IMG/VR virus record: IMGVR_UViG_3300045580_000184
Span: 1-28,597 of that record
Length of the DNA: 28,597 bases
Source of the DNA: a virus
Lineage: Duplodnaviria > Caudoviricetes
Direction: 5' to 3' (one strand)
Part shown: piece by piece, positions 8,548 to 16,740 of the stretch
How positions within the stretch are numbered: the stretch's first letter is position 1
How the letters are laid out: every line of letters starts with the position of its first letter
Made by a program: the position numbers and the translations under genes
Notes under the pieces: model-generated
Seen by the model: only the letters and a program-made list of their open reading frames with translations
Database searches by the model: none
What the model was told of the DNA's origin: nothing

Positions 8548-9599
8548 CTCAGTGCCTCCCGGTTGATCGTCCATTCAGCAGCAAGTTGCTTCTGCGTAAA
8601 TTTGTCGCACTCCGCCAGCCTCGCGGATGTCATTTTGCGAACAACCCGAATCAGCGGTCCCAGTGCAGACTCGCGTTTCTCCCGGTCGTAATCGCTGCCG
8701 GATGGGAACTCTTTGCAGACGGCAACGGCTCGCAGGAAATCGGGGTCGATGTCCGGTTGTGCGCTGCGCACCTGTCCGCCCGTACTGGTGCGGGTGTCGT
8801 CCACGTCTCGGATTGTCTTCCAGCCGTGCTGGATGCTGCCTCTGACGTCACGCAAGAATTTCTCCCGGCCCTTGCGCCCCATCTGCTGCCACCACTCCTG
8901 AAGTTGCGTTGCGCTGTTCTCGGGGTTTCGGTCCCCAAGATCCTTTTCTTCGAGATACCGGAACCACGTCTGTGCAACGTGCCTGCACTCAGGATCATTC
9001 AGGCACTCTGGAATAATGACTTGTTCATGTCCTCCGCCGATTTTTCCCGTCGGTCGCTCCGCGTCTGCGCCCACAGGGACAGGACTCGGGGAAGGGTTAG
9101 GGACAGGGATAGAATATGCTCCCTGATTCGTGCCTGATTCATTCCGCAAATCGTTCCCCATTCGTGCACTATTTGGGTCAAATTCGGAATGAATAGCGGA
9201 ATGATTAGTGGAATGAATAGCGGAATGATTCGCCGTTGCAGCCCCTGCATTCTCCCCCATCGGGCTGTCCGACAGTTCGGAAAACTGCTCTGGAATTGTC
9301 ACCCAGTACCGACCGACGGACCTGTTTCCGGCTCGGTCGTACACCAGCCACCCGGACGCCACCGCCTTGTCTCTGGCCGTGTCCAGTTGCTTCGCCGACC
9401 GGAACCCCATTACGCTCAGCAGTTGCTCGTTCCAGAATCTGCAGGCCCCGCTGTAGTGCATGGCGTCCTCAGTATGCGCGATGAACACGCACAGCAGCAC
9501 CGCATTCTGTCCAATGTCCTGAGCAGCACAGGACTTCATCAAAAGCCGCACAAACTTGTGCGCGAAAAACTTCCCTCGGCTTGCCTTCGGATATTCCAC
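8544..9599 (-). CDS. Replication initiator (lambda O / replisome-organizer type)
   Basis: Directly upstream of DnaB; N-terminal wHTH-like region, low-complexity linker containing DNA tandem repeats, helical C-terminus; start could extend to 9632. Confidence 0.75.
   Translation of the reverse strand: MEYPKASRGKFFAHKFVRLLMKSCAAQDIGQNAVLLCVFIAHTEDAMHYSGACRFWNEQLLSVMGFRSAKQLDTARDKAVASGWLVYDRAGNRSVGRYWVTIPEQFSELSDSPMGENAGAATANHSAIHSTNHSAIHSEFDPNSARMGNDLRNESGTNQGAYSIPVPNPSPSPVPVGADAERPTGKIGGGHEQVIIPECLNDPECRHVAQTWFRYLEEKDLGDRNPENSATQLQEWWQQMGRKGREKFLRDVRGSIQHGWKTIRDVDDTRTSTGGQVRSAQPDIDPDFLRAVAVCKEFPSGSDYDREKRESALGPLIRVVRKMTSARLAECDKFTQKQLAAEWTINREALR
9137..9232. repeat. Iteron-like array, probable replication origin
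   Basis: Four tandem 12-mers YGGAATGAWTMG at 9185-9232 plus an inverted core ATTCATTCCG at 9137-9146. Confidence 0.75.
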
Positions 9600-9641
9600 A
9601 GCAACGTCCTTTCCATCGTCTCCGCCCTCCACTCGAACACG

Positions 9642-9746
9642 AAAAAACCCGCAGGGTGATAGGTACGAGCTACCACCCTGCGGGTGCAGATCCGGATTGA
9701 CTCCGGATGAAATTGATTTTGATGCAGCACCTCGTACGTGTTGCAG
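9642..9746 (-). ncRNA. Structured leader/small RNA with three hairpins and complementary loops
   Basis: Hairpin 9723-9745 (loop GUACGAG), hairpin 9690-9708, 16-bp terminator stem 9647-9685 (loop CUCGUAC) plus U-tract. Confidence 0.7.
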
Positions 9747-9751
9747 CGGTC

Positions 9752-9779
9752 ATTGTACCGCGTTTGGTGTGTCCGTCAA
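9752..9779 (-). promoter_or_regulatory. sigma70-like promoter upstream of replication genes
   Basis: TTGACG-N16-TACAAT. Confidence 0.75.
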
Positions 9780-10720
9780 TCTTCGTCCGTCGACCCCGTC
9801 AGGCTCCGCATGATGGCAGGCAGTGCCTGAATCGTGTCAGATGCCAGATTGCTGGCCAGATTAGTCTCGGCCAAGTTGTCGGCTGCATCAATCAAATGAC
9901 GCAACGGCTCCAGCCACTCGGCAATGGCCTCAACCGCTTCGGCTTTCGCGGTCTCCCTGATCGTCTGCAGATCGGACAGAACCCGCTCGTAACCGTCCCG
10001 GTACGTGTCCCGGTCCTGTGTCACCTCCGCCAGATCCGCCCGCAACTGTCGCAGCTCTGGGGAGTCTGCAGGCACCTGCTGCGCGGCGTCCAGTTCGATT
10101 TGCAGTCTCTGACGATCCGCTGCCACGCTCGCCAGTTCGGCTTTGACCGCTGCCAATTGATTCCGCAGTGCGGTGTTTTCTTTGCCTGCGTCTCTGACGG
10201 CATTTTCGCAGACCCTATTGATTGTCCGCAGGCTCGTTACCAGTTCTTCCAAGTGTGTGACCCGCTGCCTCTCAGTGCCCAGCAGATTCTGCACCGATTC
10301 CAGCTCGCCGCGCAATCTGGTCGTGACCTCCCGTTCCTGCTGCAGTCGCGTCCCCAGTGTGACCTCGCGGTTCTTCAGAAATGTTACCTGCGCCTGCAGT
10401 TCGGTGTCTGACTCCGGCTGTGGCTGTGGCTTAATCCGGCGGATGCAACGCCCGCCTGATACCGCTGAGGCGTCCCAGTGCAGTATAGCAGACCGCCGCT
10501 CTGTGCCGTCTTCATTAACCCAAATATCACCGGGCTGCAGCAATTCGCCAAACCGCACCACACGCCAGCCCTCGGGTGGTGTGTATTCCGGCAGCTCCTG
10601 TGTTTTGTAATCGGCCTTCTGCGCCTCTTCCACAAGTTCGGCGACCTGTCTTTCAATGTCTGCCATATCCCTGTCAATCTCCGCCAGTTGCTCGCTCGTC
10701 GTTTCATCAGTCATCATCAT
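9776..10720 (-). CDS. Long coiled-coil protein
   Basis: Heptad-rich E/L/Q/R sequence; likely start MMMTDE after GGAG. Confidence 0.7.
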   Translation of the reverse strand: MMMTDETTSEQLAEIDRDMADIERQVAELVEEAQKADYKTQELPEYTPPEGWRVVRFGELLQPGDIWVNEDGTERRSAILHWDASAVSGGRCIRRIKPQPQPESDTELQAQVTFLKNREVTLGTRLQQEREVTTRLRGELESVQNLLGTERQRVTHLEELVTSLRTINRVCENAVRDAGKENTALRNQLAAVKAELASVAADRQRLQIELDAAQQVPADSPELRQLRADLAEVTQDRDTYRDGYERVLSDLQTIRETAKAEAVEAIAEWLEPLRHLIDAADNLAETNLASNLASDTIQALPAIMRSLTGSTDED

Positions 10721-10970
10721 CGTCTCCAAATAGTGATCGCAATTTCGGACTAGACTTCGCCGGTTTGGCTTGAGCCTGAACAAACTCATCGAATGTCTCA
10801 TCCTCGGCACCATGCCACAAAATTAAACCGTCCACGATCCGCAGCCAAGCACTCCGGCTGCCACGGTCGTGCTCAATCCATCGGACTCGCTGCCCTTCGA
10901 TTTCGGCCTCTCCCTCGACTCGCCATCCGTGTTGGCGCAGCCATTCAATCCGCTGTATATCTGTCTGCAC
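10707..10970 (-). CDS. Hypothetical protein, 87 aa
   Basis: GTG with AGGAGG; ends SLFGDDDDD. Confidence 0.65.
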   Translation of the reverse strand: MQTDIQRIEWLRQHGWRVEGEAEIEGQRVRWIEHDRGSRSAWLRIVDGLILWHGAEDETFDEFVQAQAKPAKSSPKLRSLFGDDDDD

Positions 10971-11152
10971 GTATGACGGCCTCCTGTTGCACGGACCTCA
11001 ACATCGTCAATCACCGGGACCGATTCCCACTCGTACCATCCGGCATCGATCAGACCAGACGGCCCTGCAATCAAACGCCGTGCTCGGAACTGCAGTGTGG
11101 GCTGGCCCTGTGGATTCACGACGATTCGCAGGGAACATGTTTTGACGTTCAC
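10823..11152 (-). CDS. Small hypothetical protein (LQFRAR...WYEWESVP)
   Basis: GTGA coupling with GGAGG; C-terminal 148 bp overlap the next gene and look like run-on. Confidence 0.45.
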   Translation of the reverse strand: MNVKTCSLRIVVNPQGQPTLQFRARRLIAGPSGLIDAGWYEWESVPVIDDVEVRATGGRHTCRQIYSGLNGCANTDGESRERPKSKGSESDGLSTTVAAGVLGCGSWTV

Positions 11153-12153
11153 GTTGCCTCCAATACAGCCGCCCGCTGCTGACAGAGTTTTTCCACCAGC
11201 TTGCGAGTCTTCGCCGACACCTGCAACTGCTGCAACACCGGGACAATTTCCGGCTGCCACCGTGCCCGCAGTGCTGCCACGTCTTCGGCCTCTGCAATGC
11301 AGTCCAGAATGCTCTGGAAGGCCAGCCGCATTCCTTCGTCCTGAATGCCTGTCGCATATGCCACCAGCTCCGACCGTGTGCCGTCATACAGGGCCTGGGG
11401 GCTGATTTCGTTGTCCGGCAGCCGTGTCGCTGTGCTGTCAATCACAACCGGCGAAACGCTCTCAAGCTCGTCCTCGGAGTCCAAGGCAAACTCACCAGAC
11501 ACAGCCGCCCACAGATCCCGCAGCAGTCGCCGCCGTGCCTTCGCCTCATGCCCGTCCGGCCCATCGGATTCGTAGCAGGGAAGTGCATACGGCAGATCCC
11601 GTGGACGTTCAACAGTGACCGTCTTTCCCTTGTGCGTGCAGCTCGCGGTTCCGGCAACCAACATGTCAAATTTCCCCGCCGCGTTTGGTCGTGGCCTCAT
11701 TCCCAACCCGCAGGCAGTGACTCGAATGTCAGTGCATCCGGACTGTGCCAGCCTGTAGCGGTGTCCGGCCTCTTTAATCATGGCGGTGGCTGCATTTCCC
11801 TTGCCTGCAATGACCGTGAAGTGCGGGCCTGCAGCATCTGCCAGCAAATAGCCCTTCAGCAATGCCGACTTCGCAGCCGCAATGACCACCGCATCCGGCA
11901 TCGACCGATCCCGCATCTCTGCAATCTCGTACGCGCCAAACTCCCGACCGGCCTGAAGGATCATCGCCTCCACCTGTGGCTGGTTCAGGACTGCACTCAT
12001 CTGCCCGATCAGTGCCAGCCGCTCGAATGAGACGACCAGCGCACCCTCGACCGCCTCACGTTCCGCCAGTCCCTGCAGACTGGTGGCAACCTGTTTGAGT
12101 GCCTGTCCGGCAGCCCTCGCCGCGTCCACTGTAATGACCGTGTTCTTACTCAT
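11149..12153 (-). CDS. Possible single-strand annealing/recombination protein (RecT-like size and layout)
   Basis: 334 aa; KARRRLLRDLW followed by an acidic linker and a helical C-domain; position between RusA and replication genes; family weakly supported. Confidence 0.4.
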   Translation of the reverse strand: MSKNTVITVDAARAAGQALKQVATSLQGLAEREAVEGALVVSFERLALIGQMSAVLNQPQVEAMILQAGREFGAYEIAEMRDRSMPDAVVIAAAKSALLKGYLLADAAGPHFTVIAGKGNAATAMIKEAGHRYRLAQSGCTDIRVTACGLGMRPRPNAAGKFDMLVAGTASCTHKGKTVTVERPRDLPYALPCYESDGPDGHEAKARRRLLRDLWAAVSGEFALDSEDELESVSPVVIDSTATRLPDNEISPQALYDGTRSELVAYATGIQDEGMRLAFQSILDCIAEAEDVAALRARWQPEIVPVLQQLQVSAKTRKLVEKLCQQRAAVLEAT

Positions 12154-12434
12154 CTCAATCCCTCCAAAAACGCCTCAACCACATTGGCAGTCAGCACCAT
12201 ACTGACCGCCTCACGTTCTCTGTTGTGCTGCCGGATTGCCTCGATCCGCTGCAGCGTCCTGTCTGTCTCTGCTCGCCAGCCTGCGACCAGCGCATCCGCC
12301 GCCGCCAATTGCTCGGCAGTCGCCGGAATGACTCGCGGGTGTCGCTGCCGATACGCCCGAAAACCAGTCGCATGTGTCGCGGCATTGTCCACGTCATACC
12401 ATGCGTCCTGGCAGTCGTAGTCTGTGTATCTCAC
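12150..12434 (-). CDS. Hypothetical protein
   Basis: GTGA and ATGA coupling at both ends. Confidence 0.6.
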   Translation of the reverse strand: MRYTDYDCQDAWYDVDNAATHATGFRAYRQRHPRVIPATAEQLAAADALVAGWRAETDRTLQRIEAIRQHNREREAVSMVLTANVVEAFLEGLR

Positions 12435-12643
12435 CACGAGTCCTCCGCCGGCTCCTGATCTTCCAGCATGTCCACGCAACACGGGCAGAGATGCATCAGG
12501 CTGTGCCCGTCTGCCCGCTCGGTCCACGAGTGTTGGCGGACCTGCTGCAGCACTTCAGCACCATCAACGGCCTCGCGCACCGGCAACAGAATCTGCGTGT
12601 CGCAGTAGTCGCAGGTGATGCGTAGAATCATTTCCGCACTCAT
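12431..12643 (-). CDS. Small zinc-binding protein
   Basis: CDYC...HLCPCC; ATGA coupling. Confidence 0.65.
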   Translation of the reverse strand: MSAEMILRITCDYCDTQILLPVREAVDGAEVLQQVRQHSWTERADGHSLMHLCPCCVDMLEDQEPAEDSW

Positions 12644-12837
12644 GGCCCCACCCTCCCGACCATCCACCGGCTGCGTTTCTGCGCGTCGATTAACTGGACC
12701 AAATCCCACGTCTGTGCACCCGCTGCCGCCAGCAGGTTTCGCACGTTCAATTCTGCGGAATACTTCGCTGGTAAAATCAGCCGTTCGCCCGGCTTCAGTG
12801 CCTGCAACCGTGCCACCAGTCGCCTGTCAATCATCAT
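12640..12837 (-). CDS. Hypothetical protein, 65 aa
   Basis: Coupled ORF. Confidence 0.6.
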   Translation of the reverse strand: MMIDRRLVARLQALKPGERLILPAKYSAELNVRNLLAAAGAQTWDLVQLIDAQKRSRWMVGRVGP

Positions 12838-13102
12838 AACCCGGCTTCCCCTCCAGCTCCGATCGAATCAGCTTGACGTGTTTCGGTGCGCTAAAATACA
12901 GCCGTGCCCGGTCGCCGCGAATCTCAACCATCACAACCTCAATCGTCGTATCACCACAGCGGATGATAACAGACTCCTGCGCCCTTCGCCCCAGCATTAA
13001 GCCGCCGTTGCAGTCCGCGTTTGTCCTGAATTTCTTCGCCTGTTTGAGTGGTCGCGGTGCCTCCATTGGGACCGCTGCCACTGCTGCCGTTTTGCGTTTC
13101 AT
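12827..13102 (-). CDS. csrA: CsrA/RsmA-family RNA-binding regulator with basic N-terminal extension
   Basis: LMLGRRAQESVII...IEVVMVEIRGDRARLYFSAPKHVKLIRSEL aligns by eye with CsrA LILTRRVGETLMI...[30 protein letters not shown], keeping the Arg44 equivalent. Confidence 0.85.
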   Translation of the reverse strand: MKRKTAAVAAVPMEAPRPLKQAKKFRTNADCNGGLMLGRRAQESVIIRCGDTTIEVVMVEIRGDRARLYFSAPKHVKLIRSELEGKPGYDD

Positions 13103-13527
13103 GTTGCCTCCCTGATTCGGATATGTGTGCCGGGATGCCAGCCCATTGACCACGTTTTTCGGACTCTCAACACTGCCACCTGTGCATCGTCCGTCCAGAA
13201 TGCGGACAGTGCATCCAGCACGGCTTTTGCGATATTGTCCGCGTCTGGTTTCTGTGTGTGCAGGCTGCAGGCCATCGCATCGCGTTTCTTTTTGCTCCAG
13301 CTTTTCGGCATGGCAAAGACGGCTGCAATCTCCACATCGACCGGACCAGTAAACACCGGCAGCCCTGCAGCCACTGCTGCCTCATGCACCGCCCTTTTGT
13401 ATCCGTGCACCGGATGCTTCTTTGGCAGATACGTTCGCGCAAATCCGCCTCGCGCTGAAACCCTGTGTCTTGGCTGTGCCACCGGCGTTCCGGGGACAAA
13501 TACAAACCATCCTTGCTCATGGCTCAT
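13099..13527 (-). CDS. rusA: RusA-family Holliday junction resolvase
   Basis: GTPVAQPRHR...KPDADNIAKAVLDAL...WTDDAQV. Confidence 0.92.
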   Translation of the reverse strand: MSHEQGWFVFVPGTPVAQPRHRVSARGGFARTYLPKKHPVHGYKRAVHEAAVAAGLPVFTGPVDVEIAAVFAMPKSWSKKKRDAMACSLHTQKPDADNIAKAVLDALSAFWTDDAQVAVLRVRKTWSMGWHPGTHIRIREAT

Positions 13528-13561
13528 AATCAGGTGCCCCCTTCGCCATTTTGTTGTTGTC

Positions 13562-13894
13562 TCAGTCCTGAATCTTGCGCCGCATTGCCACGGACCGCAA
13601 ATCGTCAGGCACTGGCATTCCCAACTGCTGCAGAATCTCAATCACCGACCTTGCAACAACACCGGTCCTGTCTGTCAACTCACCGCTGACCTTCTGCCGC
13701 TTCGGGACAATCTTGCACGTCTGCAACATCGACCGCAGTGCGTTTTCCGCCACTGTGATTCCCGTGTCTGCTGCAAGTCGCTTCCTGATCTCCGGCACAG
13801 TTGCCTGACTGCATTCCTCTGCGTGCAGTGTCAACCACTGCCCAACCGTGACCGTCTGGCCCATGTTCAGACGGCTTCGTGTAATCTTGCTCAT
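13562..13894 (-). CDS. Hypothetical, possibly DNA-binding protein
   Basis: GGAGGG RBS; TVPEIRKRLAADTGITVAENALRSML is HTH-like. Confidence 0.6.
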   Translation of the reverse strand: MSKITRSRLNMGQTVTVGQWLTLHAEECSQATVPEIRKRLAADTGITVAENALRSMLQTCKIVPKRQKVSGELTDRTGVVARSVIEILQQLGMPVPDDLRSVAMRRKIQD

Positions 13895-13932
13895 CTCAGT
13901 TCCCTCCGAAAATCAACCAACCAACCAAACCC

Positions 13933-14030
13933 GCAGCGCACCATACGCTGCATCGTGTATTCGTCCCCGATCCTGCAGTCACCGGGAGTCGTCGCGAGGC
14001 TCGCGACTGCGGACTGCAGGACCGAGGGAC
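13933..14030 (-). ncRNA. Structured intergenic element
   Basis: Long stem 13963-13980 / 14012-14030 enclosing hairpin 13991-14007; further hairpin 13933-13951. Confidence 0.5.
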
Positions 14031-14059
14031 CGGACAGCGTCACCGCCGCCCGAAGGGCC

Positions 14060-14299
14060 TCATTTGTGTCTGAAAAACGCCTTTGCCCGTGGGCAGTAAT
14101 ACTGACTCTGTTTGCCGGGATCTTCGATGCGGACAACGCCAGATCCCAGCGTTTCCAAATCCTCCAGATCCCGCGAAAACGCCCGTTCGTATGGGTAGCC
14201 GAGTGCGTCCCGGCATTCGCGTTTCGTGCGTTTGCCACCGCACAAATACGCCTCCAGACTTTTCAATCGCTCAACAATTTCCAGCCGCTTGTCCATCAC
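14060..14299 (-). CDS. Stand-alone winged-HTH protein
   Basis: TKRECRDALG...ERAFSRDLEDLETLG resembles the HTH_11-type N-terminal domain of WYL regulators. Confidence 0.6.
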   Translation of the reverse strand: MMDKRLEIVERLKSLEAYLCGGKRTKRECRDALGYPYERAFSRDLEDLETLGSGVVRIEDPGKQSQYYCPRAKAFFRHK

Positions 14300-14493
14300 T
14301 GGCCACGCCCTCCATTACCGCCGCGAATCGGCTGCCGTTGCGGCTGCCGCTTGCTGCCCGTGACGATGCGGGCGAATGCGTCCAGCGCGAAAAACATCAG
14401 GACCAGCCCGAATACCCCGGCGAACGCCCCGCACACGAAACCAAATTGCACGTCGTGATTCCAGAGTAGGGACCACTTTTCTGAATTGCTCAT
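14296..14493 (-). CDS. Small membrane protein
   Basis: FGFVCGAFAGVFGLVLMFFAL; coupled at both ends. Confidence 0.6.
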   Translation of the reverse strand: MSNSEKWSLLWNHDVQFGFVCGAFAGVFGLVLMFFALDAFARIVTGSKRQPQRQPIRGGNGGRGQ

Positions 14494-14570
14494 CCCTCAC
14501 CCCCGATCTGAAACGCCACCGCCCACGCAAACGCCGCTGCGATTATCCAGCCCACGATGTCCTCAATCAT
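14490..14570 (-). CDS. 26-aa hydrophobic peptide
   Basis: MIEDIVGWIIAAAFAWAVAFQIGGEG with GGGAGGG RBS and ATGA coupling. Confidence 0.5.
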   Translation of the reverse strand: MIEDIVGWIIAAAFAWAVAFQIGGEG

Positions 14571-14587
14571 TGGTCGCACCCTCCCGC

Positions 14588-14616
14588 AAAAGGCCCCGCC
14601 GCACTCACAGCGGGGC
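14588..14616 (-). terminator. Intrinsic terminator
   Basis: GCCCCGC...GCGGGGC then CUUUU, just after stop at 14624. Confidence 0.7.
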
Positions 14617-14623
14617 TGTGTTG

Positions 14624-14950
14624 TCAGTTCGTCGTGCCGTGGTATGTGTACTGCGGTGCGTAGCGTGCATACATCGCGGCATTCCACTCTTCGTCGTCGC
14701 CGGTTGTTGTGCGTTCTGCCAGATCGTCAGCACTGACGCAGATTGCCTGTGTCAGCTCAGCACCGGCATTCAGCAGGCCGGAAACACGGCCCCAGCCGTC
14801 AATCAGCCGGTAGCCGTCTTCAGTCTCCAGCACAATGACCGGCATTCCCTTGTTCGACCGCAGCGGAGAAACGTCGTCGCTGAATCCACCGGGAAACTGA
14901 ATGTCTTCGGTGTGGACATTGAACAGGCCGGTTTCTGTTGCAGTCATCAT
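14624..14950 (-). CDS. ParB/Srx-like N-terminal domain protein
   Basis: PVIVLETEDGYRLIDGWGRV resembles the PIiV...Y.iiDGhhR motif; own promoter and terminator. Confidence 0.65.
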   Translation of the reverse strand: MMTATETGLFNVHTEDIQFPGGFSDDVSPLRSNKGMPVIVLETEDGYRLIDGWGRVSGLLNAGAELTQAICVSADDLAERTTTGDDEEWNAAMYARYAPQYTYHGTTN

Positions 14951-15067
14951 CGTCATCTCCCAGATTTGTTGTTTCGTGTTTCGCACCCCTCAGTGCGACG
15001 TCCACATATTACACTATCGGCAAACGGTGTCAACCCCATTCAGGCAAATTCGGAAGAATTTTCAGAA
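14951..15067 (-). promoter_or_regulatory. Repeated expression cassette copy 1
   Basis: TTGACA(15028-33)-N16-TAATAT(15006-11), GCCGATAGTGTAA core, hairpin UCGCAC-UGAGGG-GUGCGA (14981-98), GGGAGA RBS. Confidence 0.85.
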
Positions 15068-16128
15068 GAGCAGTTTTTGCCGCAGTCGTTCGGCTGCGTC
15101 TGCACAGTATTCCGGGGACAACTCCATCAGCAGGAATCGGCAGTGCTCCAGCCTTGCCGCCTCTGCTGTTGTGCCGCTGCCCCCGAATGGGTCGAGAACC
15201 AGCCCGCCGGGTGGTGTCACCAGTCGCACCAGATAGCGCATCAGGGCAACGGGCTTGATGGTTGGGTGTTTTGATTGACGGCGTTCCTCGGGGCCTGCTT
15301 TGGCGCAGTAAAAGAACCGGGCTGCGGATGCGTCGCCGTCCTCCGGGAACAGCCCCACAACCTCGTCGCTGCCGTCGTGAATCAGGTTGGCGGGCCATCG
15401 GCCTGCGTTGATTGACACGATGTCGTGGCCTGTCCTCCAAGGCTGCGCCCGCCTTGATCCATACGGCCACCATCTCCGTATGCCTCTTGATGGCTGCGAC
15501 TTGTTCCGCCATCAGTCCCCACCCGACACCCATCCACATTCAACGCGCCTGTGCCGTGCTGCAACACGTTATCCGCCACGGTACCGCACAGCGGTTTGCG
15601 TGCCACCGTGATCGGCTCCAGTGACGGCTTTAGGGCTGTCCCCCAGCCTGCCCATTGCTTCGCGGCTTCGGTGATAGGTTCGCTAATGTCTGTCATGCCA
15701 GTGGCACCGAGTGCGATTGCCCCAGCTTGCTCTGGCAGATTGCCGCGCTTTGTCGGCACCATCACCTTCTCCCGCTCCGCCCCCGCCGCCTTATCAATCG
15801 CCTTACTCACGTCCAACGATTTCGGAAACCCACTGCCATACACCCACGCAATCATATCCCTGACCTCGAAGCCCGCGTCCTCAATCGCCGTCGCCATCCT
15901 GTGTTGCGTGCGCGTCCCCGCGAAGGCCAGCAGATGCCCGCCCGGCTTCAGCACACGCAACACCTCGCGCCACAACTCAACACCGGGAACGCCCTTGTCC
16001 CATTGCTTGCCCATGAACTCGATTCCATACGGCGGATCTGTCACGCATGAATCGATACACGCATCCGGCAGCGTCCGCAGCGTCTCAACGTTGTCCGCGT
16101 TGATGATTTGATTGATTGGTAGGCTCAC
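15062..16128 (-). pseudogene. N6/N4 DNA methyltransferase (beta class), split by a frameshift near 15440-15510
   Basis: DPPY in ORF 15382-16128; GRWPAN, HPTIKP and DPFGGSGTT in ORF 15062-15418. Confidence 0.85.
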
Positions 16129-16131
16129 GCC

Positions 16132-16335
16132 TCAAATCTCCTCGCCTGTCAGGTTGTGGATTTCGATCTGTCGCCGACTGGATGCTATCAGCATGGCCAG
16201 CACAATCATCTGATCGGCGGATGCTGCCGCGGCCTTCGCCGACGCAAATTCAGGCGACTGGAACAGGATCACATAACCGCGCATCAATCGCCATCTGTAC
16301 GCGCCCGCAGTCGTTTTCAGCACCTCGAATCGCAT
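16132..16335 (-). CDS. YegP/DUF1508-like protein, paralog B
   Basis: MRFEVLKTTAGAYRWRL...SPEFASAKAA fits the FE...G.yrWRL...S..y.s pattern. Confidence 0.7.
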   Translation of the reverse strand: MRFEVLKTTAGAYRWRLMRGYVILFQSPEFASAKAAAASADQMIVLAMLIASSRRQIEIHNLTGEEI

Positions 16336-16529
16336 CACACTACCCTCCAAACCTTAACCCCACACTTACCCAGCTCCGCCTCGACCCAGCCCGCCATACG
16401 CCATGCCGCCAGATATCGCCGCACCGTGCGGTCGCACACCCCGAGGATCTCAGACAGCTGTGCCGTCGTCATGCCCTCGGGGTGTCGCCGCAGTGCGACG
16501 ATCAGATCGATTGCACGCTGCAGACTCAC
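16335..16529 (-). CDS. Stand-alone winged-HTH protein (HTH_11-like)
   Basis: MTTAQLSEILGVCDRTVRRYL. Confidence 0.8.
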   Translation of the reverse strand: MSLQRAIDLIVALRRHPEGMTTAQLSEILGVCDRTVRRYLAAWRMAGWVEAELGKCGVKVWRVV

Positions 16530-16533
16530 GTCC

Positions 16534-16740
16534 TCAAATCTCCTCGCCTGTCAGGTTGTGGATTTCGATTTTGCTACTGCTCTGTGCCAGATGCAGCATC
16601 CCCGCAATGATCTGGTCCACGGATTGCGCCGCCTCCTTCGCCGACGAAAATTTACGGGATCGATACACAGGCGAGCTACCTCGCAGCAGTCGCCACTGAT
16701 AGAACCCAACGCCTGTTTTCACAATTTCAAAACGTATCAT
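16534..16740 (-). CDS. YegP/DUF1508-like protein, paralog A
   Basis: MIRFEIVKTGVGFYQWRL...SRKFSSAKEAA; same C-terminus IEIHNLTGEEI as paralog B. Confidence 0.7.
   Translation of the reverse strand: MIRFEIVKTGVGFYQWRLLRGSSPVYRSRKFSSAKEAAQSVDQIIAGMLHLAQSSSKIEIHNLTGEEI

Larger units (their letters stand above)
16130..16569. repeat. 38-bp perfect direct repeat (16130-16167 and 16532-16569)
   Basis: CCTCAAATCTCCTCGCCTGTCAGGTTGTGGATTTCGAT occurs twice. Confidence 0.95.

Noticed and set aside
13895-14059. tRNA gene
   Set aside because: No cloverleaf, T-loop TTCRA consensus or acceptor stem found by eye
14987-14992. UGAGGG hairpin loops as canonical CsrA sites
   Set aside because: They lack the GGA core; kept only as a candidate to test with the divergent phage CsrA
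15030-15539. 169-aa minus-strand ORF overlapping the MTase junction
   Set aside because: Third frame with Arg-rich, motif-free sequence; MTase motifs lie in the other two frames
16130-16569. 38-bp repeat as DGR template/variable pair or att sites
   Set aside because: Copies are identical with no adenine-specific differences; no reverse transcriptase or integrase seen
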